From NCBI GenBank assembly GCA_018402015.1, contig JAGYJL010000006.1:5889-69888 (forward strand): a DNA stretch of 64,000 nucleotides. The letters run 5' to 3'. This document shows positions 8,347-15,605 of this stretch, piece by piece. The DNA comes from Flavobacteriales bacterium. GTDB taxonomy: Bacteria; Bacteroidota; Bacteroidia; UBA10329. The notes under the pieces are model-generated. The model was not told the DNA's origin and did no database searches. It was given only the letters and a program-made list of their open reading frames with translations. The first letter of the stretch is position 1. Each line of letters begins with the position of its first letter. The position numbers were made by a program, and so were the translations under genes.

Positions 8347-8413
8347 CAAAGGTTTTCGCCTTCTTCTATTTGAATGTTACACCCTCCGAACTAATAGTTA
8401 CATGATTCCCACA
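8347..8413 (-). promoter_or_regulatory. Tripartite island element, copy d (upstream of the CHRD-like lipoprotein, divergent from araC-family gene)
   Basis: The minus strand reads TGTGGGAATCATGTAAC-N16-GTAAC-N22-ACCTTTG. The element ends 37 nt before ATG 8309. Its distal end lies 95 nt from the regulator start at 8508. Confidence 0.6.
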
Positions 8414-8507
8414 TTTGGGAAGTCGGACAACAAATCATGGCTAACTTTACATAGCGCGCCTACCTCAACACCCTACAGTTAATGCATTCGTAGGTCGCTT
8501 CAAAAGC

Positions 8508-9068
8508 ATGAAGATCTACATCAAATACATGGTGAGCTTGCGCTGCAAGATGATGGTGAAGGCCGAACTGAAAAAGCTCGGGTTGCACTACGTTATTGTA
8601 GATCTGGGCATGGTAGAGGTGCTTGAAGACATCACTGCCGAGCAACGTTGTCAGCTAAAGAAGAACCTCGCCAAATCGGGTCTTGAGTTGCTGGATGACC
8701 AACAAGCCATTCTGGTAGAGAAGATCAAAGGAGTGATCACCGAAATGATCCATTATTCGGATGAAGTGCCTAAGGTGAATTACTCCGATTTCATCAGCGA
8801 AAAATTGGGCTACGATTACACGTATCTGGCCAACGTGTTCTCCGAACTAAAGGGCATCACCATTCAACAGTTCATCATCATCAACAAGATCGAACGGGCC
8901 AAGGAGCTGATCCTTTACGATCAGCTCAATCTGACCGAGACCGCTTTTCTGCTTCACTACAGCAGCGTGGCGCATCTCTCTAACCAGTTCAAGAAGGTCA
9001 CGGGCCTCACACCATCCTATTTCAAGGAACTTGGCAAGAAGCGCAAAGGCAACCTCGAAAACCTGTGA
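8508..9068 (+). CDS. AraC/XylS-family transcriptional regulator (small, with ~80-aa N-terminal alpha/beta domain)
   Basis: The C-terminal part has two HTH units (YSDFISEKLGYDYTYLANVFSELKGITIQQFIIINKIERAKELI...LTETAFLLHYSSVAHLSNQFKKVTGLTPSYF). The N-terminal part (MVSLRCKMMVKAELKKLGLHYVIVDLGMVEV) is ferredoxin/HMA-like but has no CxxC. Confidence 0.85.
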   Translation: MKIYIKYMVSLRCKMMVKAELKKLGLHYVIVDLGMVEVLEDITAEQRCQLKKNLAKSGLELLDDQQAILVEKIKGVITEMIHYSDEVPKVNYSDFISEKLGYDYTYLANVFSELKGITIQQFIIINKIERAKELILYDQLNLTETAFLLHYSSVAHLSNQFKKVTGLTPSYFKELGKKRKGNLENL

Positions 9069-9128
9069 TATGTGTAACTCTTTTACATAGTTGTGTAAGG
9101 AATCTGGCAATGCACCGCCTCACCTTTG
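9062..9128 (+). promoter_or_regulatory. Tripartite island element, copy f (upstream of csbD; overlaps araC-family stop codon)
   Basis: The sequence is CCTGTGATATGTGTAAC-N16-GTAAG-N22-ACCTTTG. The distal box is degenerate (11/17), but the spacing is identical. The element ends 38 nt before ATG 9167. Confidence 0.5.
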
Positions 9129-9166
9129 TATAGGAGAAAATCATTTCCACCATTAAGACCAATAAG

Positions 9167-9352
9167 ATGAATAAGACAGAAGTAAAAGGAAACATCAACG
9201 AGTTGAAAGGCAAGCTGAAACAACGATTTGCCGTGCTGACAGACAATGATCTGATGCATAAAGAAGGTAAGGAAGACGAAATGTGGGGGAGAATCCAAAA
9301 GAAGGTGGGCAAAACAAAAGAGCAATTACTTGAGCTTCTCGGAGCCGACTGA
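9167..9352 (+). CDS. CsbD-family general stress protein
   Basis: This 61-aa protein ([53 protein letters not shown]) shows the classic CsbD pattern. Confidence 0.85.
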   Translation: MNKTEVKGNINELKGKLKQRFAVLTDNDLMHKEGKEDEMWGRIQKKVGKTKEQLLELLGAD

Positions 9353-9390
9353 TCAGCTGCTTACAATTCAAAACACTAAAACCAAAAAAA

Positions 9391-9861
9391 ATGAAAAAGA
9401 ACCTATTTAGCCTAGCAATGGCTACCATCTTCATAGCAAGTGGTATGCTTACGGGCTGCGACACAACATCGGCCGATAAAGTGAATAAAGCCGAGGAAAA
9501 CGTGAAGGATGCTGAAGAAAATCTGAAGGAAGCCAAAGAAGGAAAAGCTGCGGCAGTCAAGAAAGAAGCAACAGATGCCGAATGGAAGGTCTTTAAGGAA
9601 GATTCGGATGCAAAGATCTCTAAGAACAATGAGAGGATTGCTGAAATGAAGGATAAAATGAAGACTTCCGGAAAAACGATGGGTAAGATCTATGCAGGAC
9701 GCATTGAGAACATCGAAAAGAAGAATGTTGAACTGAAAACCCGATTAGACAATTTCGATAAGGAACAGACCGATTGGGATTCATTCAAGCGCGAGTTCGA
9801 CCACGACATGGGTGAGATCGGAAACGCTTTCAAAGAATTGGGAACCGATAGCTCTAAATAA
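9391..9861 (+). CDS. hypothetical lipoprotein, Lys/Glu-rich helical
   Basis: The lipobox is SGMLTGC. The rest is highly charged and predicted to be coiled/helical. It lies 38 nt downstream of csbD, with a terminator after it. Confidence 0.6.
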   Translation: MKKNLFSLAMATIFIASGMLTGCDTTSADKVNKAEENVKDAEENLKEAKEGKAAAVKKEATDAEWKVFKEDSDAKISKNNERIAEMKDKMKTSGKTMGKIYAGRIENIEKKNVELKTRLDNFDKEQTDWDSFKREFDHDMGEIGNAFKELGTDSSK

Positions 9862-9880
9862 GCTATGTGGCACCCAGTGG

Positions 9881-9913
9881 AAAAGGCAGACCCCACCAGG
9901 TCTGCCTTTTTCT
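9881..9913 (+). terminator. Rho-independent terminator after csbD-lipoprotein unit
   Basis: The hairpin is AGGCAGACC-ccacca-GGTCTGCCT followed by TTTTTC. Confidence 0.75.
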
Positions 9914-9950
9914 TTCCCTCAATGTATGAAACAGTAAAACAAAAACGACA

Positions 9951-10307
9951 ATGGACACAAAGGATACAGGTGAAGTAGAAAAGTCAATGGCACTCATTAC
10001 GATAGAGATCATTGAGTATGTTCCAAACTCGGTTGTTATCAAGACCATTCTGAAGAAATCGACAGGCAATATCAGTGTCATGTCGTTTGATGCAGGCGAA
10101 GGACTGACCGAGAAAACCACTCCGTTTGACACCTTTGCCCAGATCATTGAAGGTAAGGCCAACATTATTATCAGTGGTAAATCTCACCTGTTGGAAACAG
10201 GCCAGTCAATTGTTATACCCGCACATGCTTCAAACAGGATAGAGCCCAATGGTCGGTTCAAAATGATCATGACGGTGATCAAAAGTGGCTTTGAAGACAT
10301 GATGTAA
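9951..10307 (+). CDS. cupin domain protein (paralog 1)
   Basis: This 118-aa protein has a single cupin barrel. It shares the blocks VIPAH, RFKM and IKSGFE(D/E)M with the ORF at 10591-10938. Confidence 0.7.
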   Translation: MDTKDTGEVEKSMALITIEIIEYVPNSVVIKTILKKSTGNISVMSFDAGEGLTEKTTPFDTFAQIIEGKANIIISGKSHLLETGQSIVIPAHASNRIEPNGRFKMIMTVIKSGFEDMM

Positions 10308-10349
10308 GCTGTAAATGTGGTTTTAACCGCTTGAGCGGAATGCCGAAAA

Positions 10350-10416
10350 TGTGTGAATAATGTAACGATGAGATAAATGGATGTAACGAATCGTTAGATC
10401 CTTAGCCGCACCTTTG
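10350..10416 (+). promoter_or_regulatory. Tripartite island element, copy e (upstream of small Lys-rich ORF + cupin 2)
   Basis: The sequence is TGTGTGAATAATGTAAC-N16-GTAAC-N22-ACCTTTG. The element ends 54 nt before ATG 10471. Confidence 0.6.
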
Positions 10417-10470
10417 AATATAGGGTTACTTCCAAAGCGGAGAACCATTACAGTACTAAAGAACAGTATC

Positions 10471-10587
10471 ATGTCAAAAGGAAAAGAAGGAAAAGCCAAG
10501 TCAGACAAGTCTGCACCGCAAAAGAATTTGAAGGAAAAACGAGCAGATAAAGCGTCTAAACGTAAAGACAAACAACTGCAAGATTGA
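10471..10587 (+). CDS. 38-aa lysine-rich hydrophilic small protein (below ORF-track cutoff)
   Basis: The ORF runs from ATG 10471 to TGA 10587 and encodes MSKGKEGKAKSDKSAPQKNLKEKRADKASKRKDKQLQD. Its stop is 3 nt before the cupin-2 ATG at 10591, and copy e of the island element lies upstream. Confidence 0.45.
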   Translation: MSKGKEGKAKSDKSAPQKNLKEKRADKASKRKDKQLQD

Positions 10588-10590
10588 TTC

Positions 10591-10938
10591 ATGCTTTATC
10601 CAGAACTTGATAATTCTATGGCTCATGACCTGTGCGATATTGTTGCATATCGGTCGGGGCAAATAGTTTCCAAGACCATTGCGCTAAAACCCACTGGCAC
10701 CATTACGGTATTTGCCTTTGCAGAAGGTGAGGAAACATTCGCCTCCATTTCGGCCTTCGACAACCTTATTCATGTGATCGATGGCATTGCTTCGGTGCGG
10801 ATGAATGAGAGAAGCATAGATGTAAGGATCGGGCAAGTGCTCGTAATTCCTGCCCATACCATCAACAAGTTCGTATCCAAAGTGCGCTTCAAAATGCTTT
10901 CAACCACTATTAAAAGTGGATTTGAAGAGATGATCTGA
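10591..10938 (+). CDS. cupin domain protein (paralog 2)
   Basis: This 115-aa protein contains GQVLVIPAHTINKFVSKVRFKMLSTTIKSGFEEMI, paralogous to the ORF at 9951-10307. Confidence 0.7.
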   Translation: MLYPELDNSMAHDLCDIVAYRSGQIVSKTIALKPTGTITVFAFAEGEETFASISAFDNLIHVIDGIASVRMNERSIDVRIGQVLVIPAHTINKFVSKVRFKMLSTTIKSGFEEMI

Positions 10939-10983
10939 TAAGCGGAAAACAGATAGAACTCTTGCTCAACATACTGGAAATTA

Positions 10984-11008
10984 AAAAGGCAGCCTTAGGC
11001 TGCCTTTT
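10984..11008. terminator. Bidirectional terminator between cupin 2 and dsrE-like gene
   Basis: AAAAGGCAGCC-tta-GGCTGCCTTTT is a perfect 11-bp stem with A and T runs on either side. It sits between convergent genes. Confidence 0.8.
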
Positions 11009-11028
11009 CAGTTTATGAAGCTGTGGTT

Positions 11029-11514
11029 TTAGATGAACATCAGGTGAGAGCCTTCTCCAGCAGCTCGCTCGTAGAACCCGCCTACGGTAAGCACACCATC
11101 AATGTCATCATAAAGATCCGTCTTCTCTAAATGGAACATATCCATGGCCAATTTGCAGGCCCACATTTTACAGCCCGAAGCGGTCAGCATTTCCAAGAAT
11201 TCATCCACCGGAGGGATGTCAAGTTTTTCCATCTCTTTCTTCATCATGCTAGTTGCCAAGGCTTCCATTCCAGGCATTCCACCAAGAATGGTAGGAATAT
11301 GCATGGCCGGATTTCCAACGGTTGCAACACGAAGATCGTTGAGTTTCTTCTTAGTGATAGCCTCTAGTCCAAAGAAGGTATAGAATATCTCCGATTCGAT
11401 TCCTTCCATTCTAGCACCATTCGCTAGGATGAAACAGGCATAAACATTTTCAATAGTTGCTTTCGAAAGAATGAGAAGCAACTTTTTTACTGGGGCATCT
11501 TTTGGTTCGCTCAT
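11029..11514 (-). CDS. DsrE/DsrF-like family sulfur-relay protein
   Basis: This 161-aa protein contains KLLLILSKATIENVYACFILANGA...ASGCKMWACKLAMDMF, the DsrE-like fold pattern. It is linked to a TusE/DsrC-like gene and an SQR-like gene. Confidence 0.7.
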   Translation of the reverse strand: MSEPKDAPVKKLLLILSKATIENVYACFILANGARMEGIESEIFYTFFGLEAITKKKLNDLRVATVGNPAMHIPTILGGMPGMEALATSMMKKEMEKLDIPPVDEFLEMLTASGCKMWACKLAMDMFHLEKTDLYDDIDGVLTVGGFYERAAGEGSHLMFI

Positions 11515-11530
11515 GGTTCAGGGTTTATTA

Positions 11531-11839
11531 TCAGATACAACCTACTGGCTTAGGAATACCAGCAATTTTAGAGGCCTTTTTCAGCGGCCCGTTTGGAAAC
11601 AGTTCGTAAAACTCTTTGATATCGGTAATTCCGCTTTTGCCCACCTTTCTAATGGTCAGTGGATTTTCGTTTCTGTATTGTTCTTGGATCCAGGCAATCA
11701 CCTCCCAACACTTGTCGGTCATGTTTACTTCTTCGGCTTTGGCTATCTCTAGCGCAATTTCCTTGGTCCATTGGTTAAGGTCGGTCATATAACCTTCGGC
11801 ATTAACGCTCACTTCTTGTCCGGCTATTGTAGTTGTCAT
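11531..11839 (-). CDS. TusE/DsrC/DsvC-family sulfur carrier (single C-terminal Cys)
   Basis: This 102-aa protein has EGYMTDLNQWTKEIA...W.VI..IQEQY and a C-terminal arm ending IPKPVGCI. The penultimate Cys is present. There is no second Cys ~10 residues upstream. Confidence 0.8.
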   Translation of the reverse strand: MTTTIAGQEVSVNAEGYMTDLNQWTKEIALEIAKAEEVNMTDKCWEVIAWIQEQYRNENPLTIRKVGKSGITDIKEFYELFPNGPLKKASKIAGIPKPVGCI

Positions 11840-11863
11840 CTTCTTTAATATTTGATGGTTCTG

Positions 11864-13114
11864 TTAATCGTGTTTGCTCATTTCCAAGTGCTTACCTGCC
11901 TCACTCATGGTGGCAGGTACAAATGGAATTGGTGTCCCTTTGAGTAGCATGTTCCAGTAAACCCACCTGAAAGCGAGTTTACCCATGTGGTTCATTCTAG
12001 ATTCTTTAAGCAGTTTAAGCGGCCCGAACGAACCCAACGGAAACGATCCTTCCACTGGTTCATGGGTATAGTTGAAATCAATCAGCAATGCTTTACCGTG
12101 TCCTGTTTCTATAAAGCAATTGGAGTGCCCATCGAATTCGTATGTCATAGGTTCTCCATTAATGAATCTTATGATGTTCTCAGTTAGCACATCCGCTTCG
12201 AAATGCGCAACAGAGCCTGCTTTTGAGGCTGGTAGATCGGTAGCATCTCCAATAACAAAGATGTTGTCTGCCACTTTGCTTTGCAGCGTACACTTATCCG
12301 TTGGAATGAAGTTAAGGTCATCTCCAAAACCAGAGCGCTCTACCATGGAATCGCCCATGTTTGTTGGTACGGTTACAAGCAGATCGTACGCTACTTCCTT
12401 GCCACCATAGTCATGGATGGTTCGGGTCTCGTTATTCACAGATTCAATGGCGAAATCTGCTACTATTCTAATATTCTTGTCTTTTAGTAGATAGGCGAGT
12501 TTATCTGAAGCAACTGGCTTTGTAAACGCACCACTAAGTGGCGTTACAAAGGTTATATCAACCTTATCGCGCATTCCCTTTTCGGTGAAAAAGGCATCTG
12601 CTAAAAAGGCGAATTCCAAAGGTGCAACTGGACATTTAATGGGCATTTCGGTTATGTGAATAACCAACTTTCCGCCTTCCCAATTCATGAATTTCTCACG
12701 AAGGGCGCATGCTCCTGCATATGTGTAAAAGTCAAATACGTCCTTGTGCCAAGCATCGCTCATCATTCCTGTAACCTCTTTCGGAGCTATGTGTGATCCG
12801 GTAGCGATGATCAGAATATCGTAGCCGATCATATCTCCGTTCTGAAGAGTGACCGTGTTTGATTCTGGCTCTACTCGATCTATCTTCTGCATAATGCGTT
12901 TTGCACGGCTAGGCAGGAAATCGTCAATCGGTTTCACCACATCCTCTGGTTGGTATATATCGAACGGAAGGAACAAGAACCCTGGTTGGTAGTAGTGGGT
13001 CTTTTCTTGATCTACCACAACAATTTCCCACTCGTCCTTTGGAAGCTTTTTGGCTAAATGATTCGACATCATTGTTCCAGCTGTGCCTGCTCCGAGTATT
13101 ACGGCTTTTTTCAT
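11864..13114 (-). CDS. FAD-dependent pyridine-nucleotide-disulfide-type oxidoreductase, sulfide:quinone oxidoreductase-like
   Basis: The N-terminus MKKAVILGAGTAGTMM is a Rossmann FAD motif (GxGxxG). Cys residues occur in the IKCPVAPLEF and HSNCFIETGHG contexts. The protein is 416 aa. Confidence 0.7.
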   Translation of the reverse strand: MKKAVILGAGTAGTMMSNHLAKKLPKDEWEIVVVDQEKTHYYQPGFLFLPFDIYQPEDVVKPIDDFLPSRAKRIMQKIDRVEPESNTVTLQNGDMIGYDILIIATGSHIAPKEVTGMMSDAWHKDVFDFYTYAGACALREKFMNWEGGKLVIHITEMPIKCPVAPLEFAFLADAFFTEKGMRDKVDITFVTPLSGAFTKPVASDKLAYLLKDKNIRIVADFAIESVNNETRTIHDYGGKEVAYDLLVTVPTNMGDSMVERSGFGDDLNFIPTDKCTLQSKVADNIFVIGDATDLPASKAGSVAHFEADVLTENIIRFINGEPMTYEFDGHSNCFIETGHGKALLIDFNYTHEPVEGSFPLGSFGPLKLLKESRMNHMGKLAFRWVYWNMLLKGTPIPFVPATMSEAGKHLEMSKHD

Positions 13115-13337
13115 TTGCGAATGGTTTTAAACTCCATGCAAATAAAGGGAGCTCATGAAACGGCAATCTGACTTTCATTGCATGACGAACTGAGCATTGT
13201 CATGTTATGAGCTTTGTACGTTGAATTCGGTTACGATACGCTTAATCAGTCGCTCGCGGTATTTTGCCTTGCAGGAGCACTTGTTCCGGTCAATTTTGTG
13301 ACTTACAGAAACTGGAATGAAGAGGAGAGTCCAGAAA

Positions 13338-13366
13338 CAAAAAAGCCTTCCATTTGGAAGGCTTTT
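13338..13366 (-). terminator. Terminator downstream of tRNA-Val
   Basis: On the minus strand, AAGCCTTCC-aaat-GGAAGGCTT is followed by TTTTTG, immediately after the tRNA 3' end. Confidence 0.75.
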
Positions 13367-13371
13367 CTTTT

Positions 13372-13449
13372 GGTGGGAAATGAGGGATTCGAACCCCCGA
13401 CCCCCTCGGTGTAAACGAGGTGCTCTGAACCAACTGAGCTAATTTCCCG
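13372..13449 (-). tRNA. tRNA-Val (anticodon TAC), CCA encoded
   Basis: The minus strand reads GGGAAATTAGCTCAGTTGGTTCAGAGCACCTCGTTTACACCGAGGGGGTCGGGGGTTCGAATCCCTCATTTCCCACCA. The acceptor stem is 7 bp, the D stem is GCTC/GAGC, the anticodon stem is CCTCG/CGAGG with loop TTTACAC, and the T loop is TTCGAAT. Confidence 0.92.
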
Positions 13450-13462
13450 AGTTTGGGGCTGC

Positions 13463-13493
13463 AAATGTAAATAAGCTTTTGGTTTTTGCAAGC
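13463..13493 (-). promoter_or_regulatory. Bacteroidota-type promoter for tRNA-Val (-7 box TACATTTG, upstream TTGC)
   Basis: The minus strand reads TTGCAAAAACCAAAAGCTTATTTACATTTG. The -7 box ends 13 nt before the mature tRNA 5' end. Confidence 0.5.
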
Positions 13494-13500
13494 AGAAAAT

Positions 13501-14787
13501 TCACACTACTTCTGCAACTACAAAGGTGCTTCCGCCAACATAAATGATATCGTCCGATTCGGCCAACGCTTTTGCTGCCGACAAAGCCTCTGAAACCGAT
13601 GGATATGCCAAGTGTTTTAACCCTGTTTCGGAACCATATTGCACGAGAACGGAAACATCTAAGCCTCTTGGAACATCTGGTCTGCAGAAGTAATATGCTG
13701 ATGCTTTAGGAAGCATTTCGAAGGTTTTCGAAACGTCTTTATCATTTACCATTCCCCAAACAAAATGAAGTTGTTCAGGTTTTCGGTTCGATAACAAGCG
13801 CTTGATGTTGGGTTCCAGTCCTTCACGATTGTGACCTGTATCGGCAATGATAAGTGGGTTTCTTCCGAGCACTTGCCATCTGCCTTTGAGACCCGTATTT
13901 GTAACTACCGATTTGATGCCCGATTTAAAATGTTCTCTTGTGAGCTTCCAACCAGTATCAGATAGGGTTCTTATCGTTTCCAATGCAGTCACAAGGTTTT
14001 TAGCCTGATGCGGACCAGATAGCTGACTTTCAACCTCCAATTCCATTCCATCGTAATGACGAACATCTAGTGAGAGTTTGTCTTCTTCAAGCACTTGTTT
14101 CCGTGTTTCCCATTCACGATTGGCGAAGCGCAAACGGCTTCGTGTTTCTCTCGCTTTGCTCTCAAAAACTTCGGCTACTTCTTGTTGAAACTCACCAATA
14201 ATTACCGGCACATTCGGTTTAATGATGCCCGCTTTCTCGCCTGCAATTTCTGGCAAGGTGTCGCCCAAGAATTGCTGATGATCATAACCGATATTGGTAA
14301 TGACGGATAGTTCTGGCGTGATCACATTCGTGCTGTCTAACCTTCCGCCTAACCCTGTTTCAATTATGGCAATATCTACCTGATTTTTGGCAAAATGATC
14401 GAATGCCAAAGCCACGGTCATCTCAAAAAAAGATGGCTTGATTCGTTCGAAATCAGTGTTGTAATCGGCTACAAAATCAATCACGGACTGCTCCGAGATC
14501 ATCTCGCCATTGATCTTTATCCGTTCTCGGAAATCGGTAAGGTGAGGGGAAGTGTAGAGGCCCGTTTTGTATCCTGCAGATTGAAAGACCGAAGCCAACA
14601 TGTGGCTTACCGAGCCCTTTCCGTTTGTGCCTGCTATGTGAACGCTTTTGAATTTGCGTTGAGGGTTATTCAGCAATTCGCAGAGCGCAATGGTATTTGT
14701 GAGGTCCTTTTTAAAGGCAGCAGCGCCTTGCCGTTGATACATCGGCAATTGACTGAATAGGTAATTCAGCGTTTCAGCGTAGTTCAT
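13501..14787 (-). CDS. folC: bifunctional folylpolyglutamate synthase / dihydrofolate synthase
   Basis: This 428-aa protein has the P-loop HIAGTNGKGS and Mur-ligase-type middle and C-terminal domains. The N-terminus is LNYLFSQLPMYQRQG. Confidence 0.88.
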   Translation of the reverse strand: MNYAETLNYLFSQLPMYQRQGAAAFKKDLTNTIALCELLNNPQRKFKSVHIAGTNGKGSVSHMLASVFQSAGYKTGLYTSPHLTDFRERIKINGEMISEQSVIDFVADYNTDFERIKPSFFEMTVALAFDHFAKNQVDIAIIETGLGGRLDSTNVITPELSVITNIGYDHQQFLGDTLPEIAGEKAGIIKPNVPVIIGEFQQEVAEVFESKARETRSRLRFANREWETRKQVLEEDKLSLDVRHYDGMELEVESQLSGPHQAKNLVTALETIRTLSDTGWKLTREHFKSGIKSVVTNTGLKGRWQVLGRNPLIIADTGHNREGLEPNIKRLLSNRKPEQLHFVWGMVNDKDVSKTFEMLPKASAYYFCRPDVPRGLDVSVLVQYGSETGLKHLAYPSVSEALSAAKALAESDDIIYVGGSTFVVAEVV

Positions 14788-15605
14788 TACTCCAAAATGA
14801 AGAGGAAGGTCATTTCGCCTTTTTGTTGGATTGGCGCGTCTGGTTTGGCGTTGAACTTAGTGTTGTAAGCAGCTTCTGTGGCCAACTTTTCCAAGTGCCT
14901 ATCGGTTGTCGTTGAACCGCGTCCGCCTGGTGTAGCCTTTACCACTTTGCCGTACTTATCTACGATAATGTCAACCACAACTTTTCCTTCTTTCTGGGAA
15001 TTGTCTACGATTTTCGGAGCAGAGACCATACTTCTTCCTCCAAGGTTGAAAGACATGCCATTTCCGCTTCCACCCAAGCCATGTGGCGCACCAGGTGTAC
15101 CATCTGCGCTTCCTTGATTTCCTCCGGGTTTTGTGTTTCCTTCTCCCTTGCCCTGGCCTTCTTTTGCTTTAGCAAACAGAGCAGCGCTTGCGGCTCTTTT
15201 CTCAGCTTCTATACGGGCTTTCTCAGCGGCTATTCGTTCTTCTTCGGCACGTTTTTCGGCCTCAATCTTTTCTTGCTTTTTCTTCTCTTTCTCTAACGCA
15301 ATTGCTTCTAGCATTTCTTGCGTTACCACTTCTTCTTCAACCACGGGGTCGGTAGGAGTAGCCACACTTTCCATTGGTTGAACTTCTTCCTCAACCTGTT
15401 CTTCAACTACTTCAGATTGTGCTGGATCACTTTCCGTATCGCCAAGTCCAGTATCCGTATTTCCGAAGTTGATCATCATGCCTTCTTCGGGCTTTGGCTG
15501 AATGGTGGTGAGTCCGAAGAATAGGAAAAGCAACAGCAATAACGCGTGTATGCTTAGCGATGTGATCATCGCCTTTCGTTTATTTTTCTTCTCAGCTAAA
15601 TCCAT
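14787..15605 (-). CDS. TonB-family energy transducer
   Basis: It has an N-terminal anchor (ITSLSIHALLLLLFLFFGL), a charged E/K/P-rich spacer (EKRAEEERIAAEKARIEAEKRA) and a C-terminal TonB-like domain. It follows exbB-exbD. Confidence 0.75.
   Translation of the reverse strand: MDLAEKKNKRKAMITSLSIHALLLLLFLFFGLTTIQPKPEEGMMINFGNTDTGLGDTESDPAQSEVVEEQVEEEVQPMESVATPTDPVVEEEVVTQEMLEAIALEKEKKKQEKIEAEKRAEEERIAAEKARIEAEKRAASAALFAKAKEGQGKGEGNTKPGGNQGSADGTPGAPHGLGGSGNGMSFNLGGRSMVSAPKIVDNSQKEGKVVVDIIVDKYGKVVKATPGGRGSTTTDRHLEKLATEAAYNTKFNAKPDAPIQQKGEMTFLFILE

Noticed and set aside
8414-8507. A possible seventh copy of the island element upstream of the AraC-family gene (GCTAAC-TTTACATAG...).
   Set aside because: Only the spacer of copy f is vaguely echoed. 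The 17-mer, the second GTAAC and the ACCTTTG box are all missing.
14787-15605. A repetitive stretch EKRAEEERIAAEKARIEAEKRA, with many overlapping ORFs on both strands, considered as a tandem repeat or CRISPR-like signal.
   Set aside because: It is the charged Glu/Lys/Pro-rich spacer of a TonB-family protein, that is, coding low complexity. No repeat-spacer periodicity is present anywhere in the window.
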